This document shows, piece by piece, positions 21,001 to 28,911 of a stretch of 39,071 bases of DNA. The DNA comes from an uncultured Flavobacteriales bacterium. GTDB taxonomy: Bacteria > Bacteroidota > Bacteroidia > Flavobacteriales > UBA7312. Under the pieces are notes generated by a model that worked only from the letters and a program-made list of their open reading frames with translations, was not told the origin of the DNA and did not search any database. The stretch spans positions 1 to 39,071 of the forward strand of contig CAXGIQ010000003.1 in the NCBI GenBank assembly GCA_964009845.1, read 5' to 3'. The stretch's first letter is position 1. Every line of letters starts with the position of its first letter. A program made the translations under genes and the position numbers.

Positions 21001-21387
21001 GGAGGAGTCTTGGGTGCCATGGAAACCATGTACCAACGCTCTAAAATCCAAGAGGAGTCGTTGTATTACGAAACATTAAAGCATACAGGAGAATATCCAA
21101 TTATTGGTGTGAATACATTCTTAAATTCAAAAGGTTCCCCAACCATTACCCCTTCTGAAGTTATTAGAGCAACTACTGAAGAGAAAGAATATCAAATTGG
21201 GATGCTTCAAAGCTTACATTCGCATAAATCAGATTTAGCAAAAGAGAGTTTACATAAATTACAAGAAGTAGCAATACAAAATAAAAACATTTTTGCTGTC
21301 TTGATGGATGCCGCTAAGCATTGTTCTTTAGGTCAAATTACAGAAGCTCTATTTGAAGTTGGTGGTCAATACAGAAGAAATATGTAG
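18019..21387 (+). CDS. icmF: Fused isobutyryl-CoA mutase / MeaB-type GTPase (IcmF; B12-dependent)
   Basis: N-terminal B12-binding [11 protein letters not shown]-loop [20 protein letters not shown]. Mutase barrel [47 protein letters not shown]. Confidence 0.93.
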   Translation: MEHILPYKPTNKVRIVTAASLFDGHDAAINIMRRIIQATGCEVIHLGHDRSVEEVVNCAIEEDANAIAMTSYQGGHTEYLKYMFDLLKEKGVSHIKIFAGGGGTILPEEIEELHAYGITRIYHPDDGRSMGLQGMVNDLVEKSDFPTGKNVGGCSDDLSNVQNIAKLISAAENHPEEAETELAKIKELAAKSKTPVLGITGTGGAGKSSLVDELVRRFLIDFSDKQIAIVSVDPSKRKTGGALLGDRIRMNAIKSERVYMRSLATRQANLALSAHVNDALDILKAANYDLVILETSGIGQSDTEILEHSDASLYVMTPEYGAATQLEKIDMLDFANLISINKFDKRGALDALRDVKKQYQRNHQLFTQDVDEMPVFGTIASQFNDPGANSLYKAIMDKVVEKTGADLPSSFEITKEMSEKIFVIPSKRTRYLSEISDNNRAYDKWSRDQKEVAQELYGLHKSMETIQKSSLEDKDRLLKGLQEAYAQKLVHLDPKNKQLIDDWSDLQSAYKAPEYKFKVRDKELAIKTHTKSLSHSDIPKICLPKYEGWGDVLHWQLQENVPGRFPYTAGLFPFKREGEDPTRMFAGEGGPERTNKRFHYVSLGMPAKRLSTAFDSVTLYGNDPDYRPDIYGKIGNSGVSICCLDDTKKLYSGFDLSNSTTSVSMTINGPAPMLLGYFMNAAIDQNCEKYIIENGLEKEVEKKIAAIYKGKERPKYQGDLPEGNDGLGLMLLGVTGDQVLPADVYEQIKAETLTKVRGTVQADILKEDQAQNTCIFSTEFALRMMGDVQSYFIDKGVRNFYSVSISGYHIAEAGANPISQLAFTLANGFTYVEYYLSRGMDINKFGPNLSFFFSNGVDPEYAVIGRVARRIWAKAMKHKYGANERAQMLKYHIQTSGRSLHAQEIDFNDIRTTLQALYAIYDNCNSLHTNAYDEAITTPTEESVRRAMAIQLIINKELGLAKNENPIQGAFIIEELTDLVEEAVLTEFDRITERGGVLGAMETMYQRSKIQEESLYYETLKHTGEYPIIGVNTFLNSKGSPTITPSEVIRATTEEKEYQIGMLQSLHSHKSDLAKESLHKLQEVAIQNKNIFAVLMDAAKHCSLGQITEALFEVGGQYRRNM

Positions 21388-21388
21388 C

Positions 21389-22783
21389 TTATTCAATAAT
21401 TATTTTCTTTTCTACACTACCATCATCAAAGAAGTAAAAAAGGGCGGTGTTCTTTTGAGGTGTTGTTTCTTGCCCCAAAATATTTAATATTTTTATTATT
21501 GATTTGTTGGAAATTGAAGTATTGACCAAAACATTACTACTTCCATCTACCTGCATGAAAAAGTCCCAAATTTCGGATGCCGCAAATGAAGGCCATGTAT
21601 GCCCCATGCCATTTACAATATATAATCTCAGTTCATTGTTATTCTCACAGTCATTGTAGTAGGTGATATCAGTTGAAAAATCAAATTCTACATTCATTGT
21701 TTCTGTATTAAGACAATTATGTTGCTCTCCCCAAAAATTCATTATGCTATAAATATCAGGGGCGCCATCCCAGTATTCTTCTGTTACTCCAGATTTGGGT
21801 ACTTCATCATCATCAGTTCCGCTAATTTGCATTACAGGAACCAGTATAGAAGGATTAAACTCATTCCAATCGTTACCACTCATAGTTCCAGTAACTGATG
21901 CAACTGCTTTAAAAACTTCAGGAGCATTACAAGCCAATGAAAAACTCATATATCCACCATTAGAAAAACCACAAGAAAATGTTTTTTCCGGATTTAAATT
22001 GTATTCATCGTGAAGATAAAAAGCCAAATTTGATAAAAACCCTAAATCATCTACTGTAGACATTGCAGCATCGAAATTTGAGTTAAAATGATTGATTCCA
22101 AAGTTGTCTTCTAATCCATTAGGTGCGCAAACTGCAAAATTATGTTCGTCAGCTAATTCTTGAAAAACTTCGATCCAGTTTTCTCCACTTCCCCAATATC
22201 CATGTAGAACAAATACAAGCGGTGCATTTAGAGGTAAATTATTCGGAACATATAAAAAGTACTCTCTCTCTTGCTTTTCCCATTCAAAGATAAAGGGCGT
22301 AATACAAGAGCCATCATCTAGGGTTGCAAATTCATTGTAATTATTAGATGTTGAATCTGTGCATCCAGGAATTTGCCATTCACAAGAATCAGTATTTATG
22401 TTAAAAGTCCAATAAGCATAGTTTCCATCAATAAATTCAAATGTTTCGCTACCACCATTATTAATTTCTATAGTAACAAATCCATCATTCCATCCATCAC
22501 CCCAAGAGTCGTAACCTGCTAGTATATAGCAGCCGACATCTGATATACATCCCTCTTGTAGTGTGGTTTCGAAATCATTTTCTCCTTGATATGAATAAAT
22601 AGCTTCTTGCGAGCTTTCTAATCCAAGCATCCATGTGTTGTAGTCCCAAAATTCCCAACTCATTTCTTCTGCCCATTCTCCACTTGTGGATGAAAGACTA
22701 ATGGAATATTCATTTTCATCACATTGGCATAAAGCTATGAAAGGAAGGAACAATAGTGATAAAGTGTAAAGATTTACTCGCAT
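21389..22783 (-). CDS. Secreted alpha/beta-hydrolase (LpqP / PHB-depolymerase-like esterase) with accessory domains
   Basis: Signal peptide, LVFVLHG (oxyanion), GFSNGG (nucleophile), GTDDDEVP (acid), GHTWP (His). N-terminal DSWGDGW motif and a GCTD...NY...ATLDDGSC module. Confidence 0.85.
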   Translation of the reverse strand: MRVNLYTLSLLFLPFIALCQCDENEYSISLSSTSGEWAEEMSWEFWDYNTWMLGLESSQEAIYSYQGENDFETTLQEGCISDVGCYILAGYDSWGDGWNDGFVTIEINNGGSETFEFIDGNYAYWTFNINTDSCEWQIPGCTDSTSNNYNEFATLDDGSCITPFIFEWEKQEREYFLYVPNNLPLNAPLVFVLHGYWGSGENWIEVFQELADEHNFAVCAPNGLEDNFGINHFNSNFDAAMSTVDDLGFLSNLAFYLHDEYNLNPEKTFSCGFSNGGYMSFSLACNAPEVFKAVASVTGTMSGNDWNEFNPSILVPVMQISGTDDDEVPKSGVTEEYWDGAPDIYSIMNFWGEQHNCLNTETMNVEFDFSTDITYYNDCENNNELRLYIVNGMGHTWPSFAASEIWDFFMQVDGSSNVLVNTSISNKSIIKILNILGQETTPQKNTALFYFFDDGSVEKKIIIE

Positions 22784-22786
22784 ATT

Positions 22787-23788
22787 TTATTTCAATTCGT
22801 AAGTTACCCTTGTTTCCCAGTTAGCGGTGTTGGATTCTAGCCCGGGATCGGTAATGTACATTTCAAATGCACTCCCATTAATCTTAAGTCCTTGTACCTT
22901 GCAGTACTTTTTTATAGCATCATGCGTATCCCATATTGTTTCGTAAGCTCCAAAATGGCTGGCTTGTGCTATTTTCCCAGAATTAGAGTAGTCTATTTGT
23001 ATTCTTCCTTCTGTTTCTATTTCTGTCTCTAAAAAGGCGCCTGCTTGAAGGATTACCTTGTTTTCATCCCCTGGATTCTGAGGGAAGCTTAAATACCTAG
23101 CGAAAGGTTGGTCAATTGACATTGTTCCTTGGCTAGCCAGGTAATAATAAATTTCTGCATAAACTTCTGCTAGCTTTGCGCTGATATCACTTACTTTACA
23201 ACTGTCTAGAATGTATACATATGGTTGAGATTCCCATATTACTACTTGCATATTCTCTGTACGCGCAGGAAGGTTTTCGCAGTATACTTTCAAGTTGTTG
23301 AGTCCTTTTTCAAAATCTGCACCCATCATAACATCAAAAATAGGACCACACCCTCTTGCTATAAATGGTAAATCACCTTCATTTGTCCATCTTACTTTCA
23401 CACCTGCTTCTTTTGGTTCAAAAATGAACTGTCCGTAAAAAGTACTCCAATCTGATAAAGATATTTCAAAATCGATTTGTTCAAGTAACTTACTGTTCGT
23501 TATATTCATGTTACCATTACCCACTTTTTCTGCAGTCCATTCTCTGTAAGCACATTCTCCTGATGTAATATCTCCATAATTGTTAATAATGGTAGTGTCC
23601 ATTTCAGCCCACGGTTCCCAGTTGTTCCAATTTTGGAAATCATTAACTTGATTAAATATAATTAGAGGGTTAGAATTGATTTCAATGTCTCTACTTATCT
23701 CAAATTTACTAGTCATAATTGCACAAGCTAAAATGTATAGACCAATAAAACCTAAAATGGCAAAAAAGATAAATTTAAATACTCTCAT
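22787..23788 (-). CDS. SRPBCC (START-like) plus GyrI-like effector-binding fusion protein, membrane-anchored
   Basis: N-terminal TM, WNNWEPW..D, MGADFEKGLNNLK. C-terminal HFGAYE, FEMYITDPG, WETRVTY. Start likely ATG 23788. Confidence 0.82.
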   Translation of the reverse strand: MRVFKFIFFAILGFIGLYILACAIMTSKFEISRDIEINSNPLIIFNQVNDFQNWNNWEPWAEMDTTIINNYGDITSGECAYREWTAEKVGNGNMNITNSKLLEQIDFEISLSDWSTFYGQFIFEPKEAGVKVRWTNEGDLPFIARGCGPIFDVMMGADFEKGLNNLKVYCENLPARTENMQVVIWESQPYVYILDSCKVSDISAKLAEVYAEIYYYLASQGTMSIDQPFARYLSFPQNPGDENKVILQAGAFLETEIETEGRIQIDYSNSGKIAQASHFGAYETIWDTHDAIKKYCKVQGLKINGSAFEMYITDPGLESNTANWETRVTYELK

Positions 23789-23827
23789 AGTTACTATAAT
23801 TTGGGTTGAAATCACAAATAATTAGAT

Positions 23828-23855
23828 AAAAGAAAAGTCACTCTCTGAGTGACTT
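23828..23855 (-). terminator. Intrinsic terminator after yceI-small ORF unit
   Basis: AAGTCACTC-TCT-GAGTGACTT hairpin, followed on the minus strand by a T-rich tract. Confidence 0.7.
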
Positions 23856-23861
23856 ATCTAT

Positions 23862-24053
23862 CTATTTCATAAATCCTCTGAATACATAAAGCAGGAAAAC
23901 TATTACTAATAGCCCAAGTAAAAACAAACTGCTTCCTTGGTAGTGAACTTTATGTAGTTGTAAATCTTTTCGGTAGGACCAAATAAGAAACCCTACAAAT
24001 GAAATAGCGAAAATTGCAGCAAAAATCCAGTGCCCCTTAGTGATGTGCTCCAT
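23862..24053 (-). CDS. Small two-TM membrane protein (hypothetical)
   Basis: GHWIFAAIFAISFVGFLIWSYRKD..LHK.HY.GS followed by a second TM. Overlaps the yceI stop and is followed by a terminator. Start is 24053 or 24062. Confidence 0.75.
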   Translation of the reverse strand: MEHITKGHWIFAAIFAISFVGFLIWSYRKDLQLHKVHYQGSSLFLLGLLVIVFLLYVFRGFMK

Positions 24054-24642
24054 TTTCTTCATGGTTTGCCATTACGCGAAATTCTAGTATTACTTCATCC
24101 TTGATTGCTCTGTCTCCTAGATCGTCAAAAAAGCTACCTGAACCATAAGTAATATCGAATTTTGTACGATTGAATGTAAGTGTTCCGCTTGCTAAAGCAG
24201 TGACGCCTCTTTGGGTCCACTCAATATCAAAAACAACAGGATGGGTTTTGTCTTTTATTGTCAAACCAGCAATAATGTTATACCCTTTTTCTGTTTTAGT
24301 TGCTTTAATCAGTTTTAGTCGAGCTTGAGGATGATTCGGAACATCGAAAAAGTCTTCATTTTTAAGGTGGTCAACTAGATATCCTGCTTTTTTTTCTCCC
24401 AGGTCGGTGCAAGTCATTGTGTTTAAGTCAACAACAAATTCTGCATTCACCATATTTCCATCGTTGATGCTGATTATCCCTTCTGTTATGGAAATATTTC
24501 CTTCATGGCTGCTACCAGAAATTTTACTTCCTACCCATTTAACATTACTTTTTTGAATGTCAATTTTAAAGTGATCAGTATGTGCACTTGTAAAAGAAGA
24601 AAAACCAATAGTTAAAGCTATAATAAAAGCTATTTTTTTCAT
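24037..24642 (-). CDS. YceI-family lipid/polyisoprenoid-binding periplasmic protein
   Basis: Signal peptide, SNVKWVGSK, HEG, HLKNEDFFDV..HP, LTIKDKTHPV, FNRTKFDITYGSGSFF. Confidence 0.9.
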   Translation of the reverse strand: MKKIAFIIALTIGFSSFTSAHTDHFKIDIQKSNVKWVGSKISGSSHEGNISITEGIISINDGNMVNAEFVVDLNTMTCTDLGEKKAGYLVDHLKNEDFFDVPNHPQARLKLIKATKTEKGYNIIAGLTIKDKTHPVVFDIEWTQRGVTALASGTLTFNRTKFDITYGSGSFFDDLGDRAIKDEVILEFRVMANHEENGAHH

Positions 24643-24664
24643 TGATTTATTTTTTTATTGAATC

Positions 24665-24672
24665 ACAAAATT
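24665..24672 (-). promoter_or_regulatory. -7 box TAATTTTG for yceI
   Basis: Exact TAnnTTTG, 22 nt upstream of ATG 24642. Confidence 0.55.
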
Positions 24673-24717
24673 AAACAAAAACTCGACTATATTTACTGCT
24701 CATCAAAATAAAATAAA

Positions 24718-25119
24718 ATGCAAGATAAAATAGATAAAGTGAGAAAGTTTCATGAGGTTTTTTTAATTGGTAATGAAGATGTTCCTGTGGCAAATGTAGG
24801 AGAGGAGACTTATTTGTTAAGGCATAGATTGATGCATGAAGAAAATGAAGAGTATTTACAGGCTTGCAAAGATGGGGATTTGGTAGAGATAGCAGATGCT
24901 TTAGGTGACTTGCTGTATATATGGTGTGGTTCTGTTTTAAAACATGGCTTGCAAAATGTGATGGAGGATGTTTTTAATGAAATTCAACGCTCTAATATGT
25001 CTAAATTAGATAAAGATGGTAAGCCAATTTTTAGAAAAGATGGTAAAGTGATGAAGAGTGATTTGTACTTTAAACCAGATATTAAAGCTATTTTAGAAAA
25101 GCATGTGGAGTTTGCGTAG
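24718..25119 (+). CDS. MazG-like / PRA-PH family nucleoside triphosphate pyrophosphohydrolase
   Basis: LRHRLMHEENEEY, EIADALGD, EIQRSNMSKL, DGKVMK. Confidence 0.88.
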   Translation: MQDKIDKVRKFHEVFLIGNEDVPVANVGEETYLLRHRLMHEENEEYLQACKDGDLVEIADALGDLLYIWCGSVLKHGLQNVMEDVFNEIQRSNMSKLDKDGKPIFRKDGKVMKSDLYFKPDIKAILEKHVEFA

Positions 25120-25528
25120 AATACAATCTTCTGATGTCGATTTTTTGTTAGCGAAACAAATAAGAACAGCCGTTTTTGTGCAAGAACAAGGAGTTGATGC
25201 TTCGGATGAATATGATGCTTTTGAGGAGGTTTCTCAACATTATTTAGTTACTGCAGACAGTAAGGCAGTTGCCACAGCTCGTTGGCGTTTTACACCCAAT
25301 GGAATTAAATTAGAACGATTTGCTGTTCTTCCAAATCATAGGGGAAAAGGGATTGGCCAATATTTGTTAAAGAAGATGATTGAAGAAGTCCAAAAATATG
25401 CTAAACCTATTTATCTGCATGCTCAAATTCAAGTCGCAGATTTTTATCAAAAATTAGGTTTTGAAAAAGAAGGAGCGCTTTTTGAGGAAGCGGGTATTCA
25501 GCATTTCAAGATGCTGTTTAAACAGTAA
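25103..25528 (+). CDS. GNAT N-acetyltransferase (ElaA/YjcF-like)
   Basis: IRTAVFVQEQGV, ERFAVL...RGKGIG, LHAQ, FYQKLGF, FEEAGIQH. Confidence 0.9.
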   Translation: MWSLRRIQSSDVDFLLAKQIRTAVFVQEQGVDASDEYDAFEEVSQHYLVTADSKAVATARWRFTPNGIKLERFAVLPNHRGKGIGQYLLKKMIEEVQKYAKPIYLHAQIQVADFYQKLGFEKEGALFEEAGIQHFKMLFKQ

Positions 25529-26561
25529 CTATCCAGTTGTGTGTGTCTGGACAAATTCCTTGTTGGATGTTTTGTAATTCTGCTTTTAGTTGATGTGCGT
25601 AGCTATCACTAATTGCTTCGATTTCGATTTTTTCTTCTCTATATGTTATGGAGTTAATAGGGATTACGGTTACAGCTGTGCCCAGCCCAAAAGCTTCTTG
25701 TAAAGTACCGTTTTGATGTGCTTCCATTATTTCTGAGATAGCGATTTGACGCTCTTCAACAGAAATTCCTTTTTCTTTAGCTATTTTTAAAATACTGTCC
25801 CTAGTAATTCCTGCCAAAATACTTTCACTTAAAGCAGGAGTTATCAAGGTGTCATTGATACGGAACATAATGTTCATCGTACCCGACTCTTCAATGTATT
25901 GATGCTCGAAAGCGTCTGTCCAAACTACTTGTGTAAATCCTGCTACCTGTGCTTTTTTGGTAGGCTCAAAGGCTGCTGCATAGTTTCCTGCAGCTTTGGC
26001 AAATCCAGTACCCCCTTCTACAGATCTTGCAAATTTTTCTTCCACTTTTAAATGGACTTCTCCAGAATAGTAAGAAGCGCTAGGTGATGTGATGATGAAA
26101 AAGGTGAACTCATCAGCTGGAGTAGCTCTGATGAATTCGCTACTTGCTATCATAAATGGTCGAATGTAGAGCGATTTCCCATTGCCTTCAGGAATCCATT
26201 GCTTATCTAGCTTTAGTAAACTTTTTAAGCCATCCATAAAGATAGATGATGGGATAGACGGCATACACAACCTGTTTGCTGATTGGTTTAAACGATTCAT
26301 GTTTTCTTCAGGACGAAACAAGATTGTTTGTCCTTGTTTGTTTTTAAAAGCTTTCATTCCTTCAAAAACGGCTTGTCCATAATGAAAAACATGTGTTCCT
26401 GGAGCAAAAGATAGTGATTGATACGGTAAGATTTCAGCATCTTGCCACTGATCTTCTTGAAACTTACACATTAACATGTGATCACTAAAAGTTTTTCCAA
26501 ATTCCAATTTATTGAAATTTGTTTTTGCTAAACGAGAGTTTTGAGTTTTAGTGATTTTCAT
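25518..26561 (-). CDS. ilvE: Branched-chain amino acid aminotransferase
   Basis: FGKTFSDHM, HYGQAVFEGMKA, LYIRPF, GGTGFAKAAGNY, EESGTMN, ILAGITR, GTA. Confidence 0.95.
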   Translation of the reverse strand: MKITKTQNSRLAKTNFNKLEFGKTFSDHMLMCKFQEDQWQDAEILPYQSLSFAPGTHVFHYGQAVFEGMKAFKNKQGQTILFRPEENMNRLNQSANRLCMPSIPSSIFMDGLKSLLKLDKQWIPEGNGKSLYIRPFMIASSEFIRATPADEFTFFIITSPSASYYSGEVHLKVEEKFARSVEGGTGFAKAAGNYAAAFEPTKKAQVAGFTQVVWTDAFEHQYIEESGTMNIMFRINDTLITPALSESILAGITRDSILKIAKEKGISVEERQIAISEIMEAHQNGTLQEAFGLGTAVTVIPINSITYREEKIEIEAISDSYAHQLKAELQNIQQGICPDTHNWIVTV

Positions 26562-26568
26562 TGGAGGA

Positions 26569-27657
26569 TTATTTCAAATATCTGAAATCGTGACCGTCTT
26601 CAATTTTTAATAAGGCTTCGTAAATTAGCTTAATCACATTTTCTACATCATCTTTATGTACGCTTTCTACTGTTGTATGCATGTAGCGTAATGGTAAAGA
26701 AATAAGCGCTGAAGCAACACCTCCTGTAGAATAAGCAAAGGCGTCTGTATCTGTTCCTGTAGCTCTAGAAGCTGCTGCTCTTTGGTACGGAATCTTCTTG
26801 CCTTCAGCAGTGTCTATTAATAGGTCTAATAAATTGTTTTGAACAGCAGGTCCGTAGGTAAGTACAGGTCCTTTTCCAGCAAACAAATCACCTTGCTTAA
26901 TCTTATTGATCATAGGTGTTTGCGTATCGTGACAAACATCTGTTACAATAGCAACATTTGGTTTGATGGACTCTGTAATCATTTGAGCACCTCTTAAACC
27001 TACCTCTTCTTGTACTGAATTAGTGATGTAAAGTCCAAAAGGAAGTCTCTTTTTATTATCTTTTAATAGTCGTGCTACTTCTGCAATCATGAATCCTCCA
27101 ATCCGGTTGTCTAATGCACGACCTACATAAAAGTTGTTGTTTAAGACCATAAATTCATCTTCGTAAGTAATCACACAACCCACATGTACTCCTAATTTTT
27201 CTACTTCTTCTTTTGAAGTACATCCGCAATCTAAAAAGATGTTATCAAGTTTAGGGGATTTCTCTTCTCCACCATGTCTTGTGTGAATAGCAGGCCATCC
27301 AAAAACAGCTTTCACAATCCCTTTTTTAGTATGGATGTTCACTCTTTTAGACGGGGCTATTTGATGGTCGCTTCCGCCATTTCTTCTGAGGTATATGAAC
27401 CCTTCTTTTGTAATGTAGTGTACAAACCAAGAAATTTCATCCGCATGTGCTTCAATTACTACTTTGTATTTAGCTTCAGGGTTGACAACTCCAACAACAG
27501 TTCCATAGGTGTCTACAAAATAGTCGTCAATATATGGTTTGATGTAATCTAGCCACATTTTTTGACCTTCGCTTTCAAAACCTGTAGGTGAAGGATTGTT
27601 GATGTAATTTTCTAAAAATATAAGTGATTTTTTATTGAGAATGCTTTTTTTAGCCAT
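26569..27657 (-). CDS. M42-family metallo-aminopeptidase
   Basis: SPTGFE, AHADEI, ALDNR, QEEVGLRGA, DVCH, GTDTD, PLRYMHT. Confidence 0.93.
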   Translation of the reverse strand: MAKKSILNKKSLIFLENYINNPSPTGFESEGQKMWLDYIKPYIDDYFVDTYGTVVGVVNPEAKYKVVIEAHADEISWFVHYITKEGFIYLRRNGGSDHQIAPSKRVNIHTKKGIVKAVFGWPAIHTRHGGEEKSPKLDNIFLDCGCTSKEEVEKLGVHVGCVITYEDEFMVLNNNFYVGRALDNRIGGFMIAEVARLLKDNKKRLPFGLYITNSVQEEVGLRGAQMITESIKPNVAIVTDVCHDTQTPMINKIKQGDLFAGKGPVLTYGPAVQNNLLDLLIDTAEGKKIPYQRAAASRATGTDTDAFAYSTGGVASALISLPLRYMHTTVESVHKDDVENVIKLIYEALLKIEDGHDFRYLK

Positions 27658-27683
27658 GTGAATATAGTTTTTAGAACAGACTG

Positions 27684-27691
27684 CAAATTTA
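27684..27691 (-). promoter_or_regulatory. -7 box TAAATTTG for M42 peptidase-ilvE unit
   Basis: Exact TAnnTTTG followed by C, 26 nt upstream of ATG 27657. Confidence 0.6.
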
Positions 27692-27720
27692 AGAAAATAA
27701 AGTGTTTAAGATATTGTTAA

Positions 27721-28386
27721 GTGAAAAGACAGATTATACAAACAGCAGATGGAAGTAAGACATTATATATTCCAGATTTTGAAGAGCATTATCATTCTAT
27801 TCATGGGGCCCTTTCTGAAGCGCAACATGTGTTTGTTAAGCATGGACTGAAATCAATACCTAAAACAAAACTTTCTATTTTAGAAATGGGTTTTGGAACA
27901 GGTCTTAATGCGTACTTAACATGTTTGGAAAATCGAAAATTGCATAATGAAATCACCTATACAGCATTGGAGGCGTATCCGATAAATCCTGATTTAGCAA
28001 ATAAAATGGAGTATATAGGATTATTAGGCTTCGAAGATGAAGAAGCTGTTTTTCAATATATGCACCAGTGTAGTTGGAATGATGTACACATGATAGATCA
28101 GCATTTTACTCTTCAGAAAATAGAATCTACCATTCAAAATGTTGTCTTTCAAAATACTTTTGACCTAGTGTATTATGATGCGTTTGCACCTAGAGTGCAA
28201 CCGGAATTGTGGACCGAAGAGATATTTGCCAAAATTTTAAGTGTAATGAATGTAGGTGCTATTTTAGTGACTTATTGTGCAAAAGGATCTGTGAAACGCG
28301 CATTAAAGGCAGTAGGTTTTGAAGTGGAAAGCTTAGAAGGACCTGCTAGAAAAAGAGAAATGACTCGTGCCAAAAAAACCAAATAG
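27721..28386 (+). CDS. mnmD: tRNA (5-methylaminomethyl-2-thiouridine)-methyltransferase MnmD (stand-alone MnmC2-like)
   Basis: TADGSKT, EHYHS.HGA..EAQHVF, ILEMGFGTGLN, YYDAFAP..QPELW, TYCAKG. Confidence 0.9.
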   Translation: MKRQIIQTADGSKTLYIPDFEEHYHSIHGALSEAQHVFVKHGLKSIPKTKLSILEMGFGTGLNAYLTCLENRKLHNEITYTALEAYPINPDLANKMEYIGLLGFEDEEAVFQYMHQCSWNDVHMIDQHFTLQKIESTIQNVVFQNTFDLVYYDAFAPRVQPELWTEEIFAKILSVMNVGAILVTYCAKGSVKRALKAVGFEVESLEGPARKREMTRAKKTK

Positions 28387-28416
28387 TATTTACTATTGTA
28401 TTTGGATAAAAATTTA

Positions 28417-28424
28417 TACATTTG
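28417..28424 (+). promoter_or_regulatory. -7 box TACATTTG for rpsT
   Basis: Exact TAnnTTTG followed by C, with a TTG 18 nt upstream. Confidence 0.65.
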
Positions 28425-28458
28425 CGCTCCAATTTTGAACAGAAAATAAACAAGAGAT

Positions 28459-28710
28459 ATGGCTAATCACAAGTCAGCAAAGAAAAGAATCAGACAAACA
28501 GCGAAAAGAAACGCTGCAAACAGCTATTACCACAAAACAGCTCGTAATGCTGTTAGAAAGTTAAGAGCTATGTCTGACAAGAAGGAAGCAGCTAAGTTTT
28601 TATCAGAGGTAGAATCAATGTTGGATAAGTTAACAAAGCGTAACATTATTCACTGTAATAAAGCGGCTAACCTAAAATCAAAATTAGCGAAGCACGTTAA
28701 TAGTCTATAG
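28459..28710 (+). CDS. rpsT: 30S ribosomal protein S20
   Basis: MANHKSAKKRIRQ...IIHxNKAANLKSKL. Confidence 0.98.
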   Translation: MANHKSAKKRIRQTAKRNAANSYYHKTARNAVRKLRAMSDKKEAAKFLSEVESMLDKLTKRNIIHCNKAANLKSKLAKHVNSL

Positions 28711-28734
28711 TAGGTTGTTAACCTTATCGATACG

Positions 28735-28765
28735 AAAGGGCTTTCAATTGAAAGCCCTTTTTTTT
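28735..28765 (+). terminator. Strong intrinsic terminator after rpsT
   Basis: Perfect 26-bp palindrome AAAGGGCTTTCAATTGAAAGCCCTTT followed by a T-run. Confidence 0.9.
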
Positions 28766-28776
28766 ATCTTTAATTT

Positions 28777-28911
28777 ATGACTTATGAAAAAACACTTCCT
28801 ATCAATAAATTGGCTGAGGATGATTGCCCTAGATAAAAAATTCCTTTTTTAGATTATCTCATAACTGTTGAAAACAATTATTTTAGCTTTGTAGATAATG
28901 CTTTGCTATAA
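28777..28911 (+). pseudogene. radC: radC relic: N-terminus fused in frame to C-terminus, core deleted
   Basis: MTYEKTLPINKLAEDDCPR*KIPFLDYLITVENNYFSFVDNALL*. Resembles the RadC N-end IKxWAEDDRPREK and C-end LLDHLII...YFSFADEGLL. Internal TAA at 28834-28836. The terminal TAA abuts the next ATG at 28912. Confidence 0.82.

Noticed and set aside
28711-28776. Possible tRNA or structured ncRNA after rpsT
   Set aside because: No cloverleaf or T-loop GTTCGA. The only structure is the terminator palindrome.
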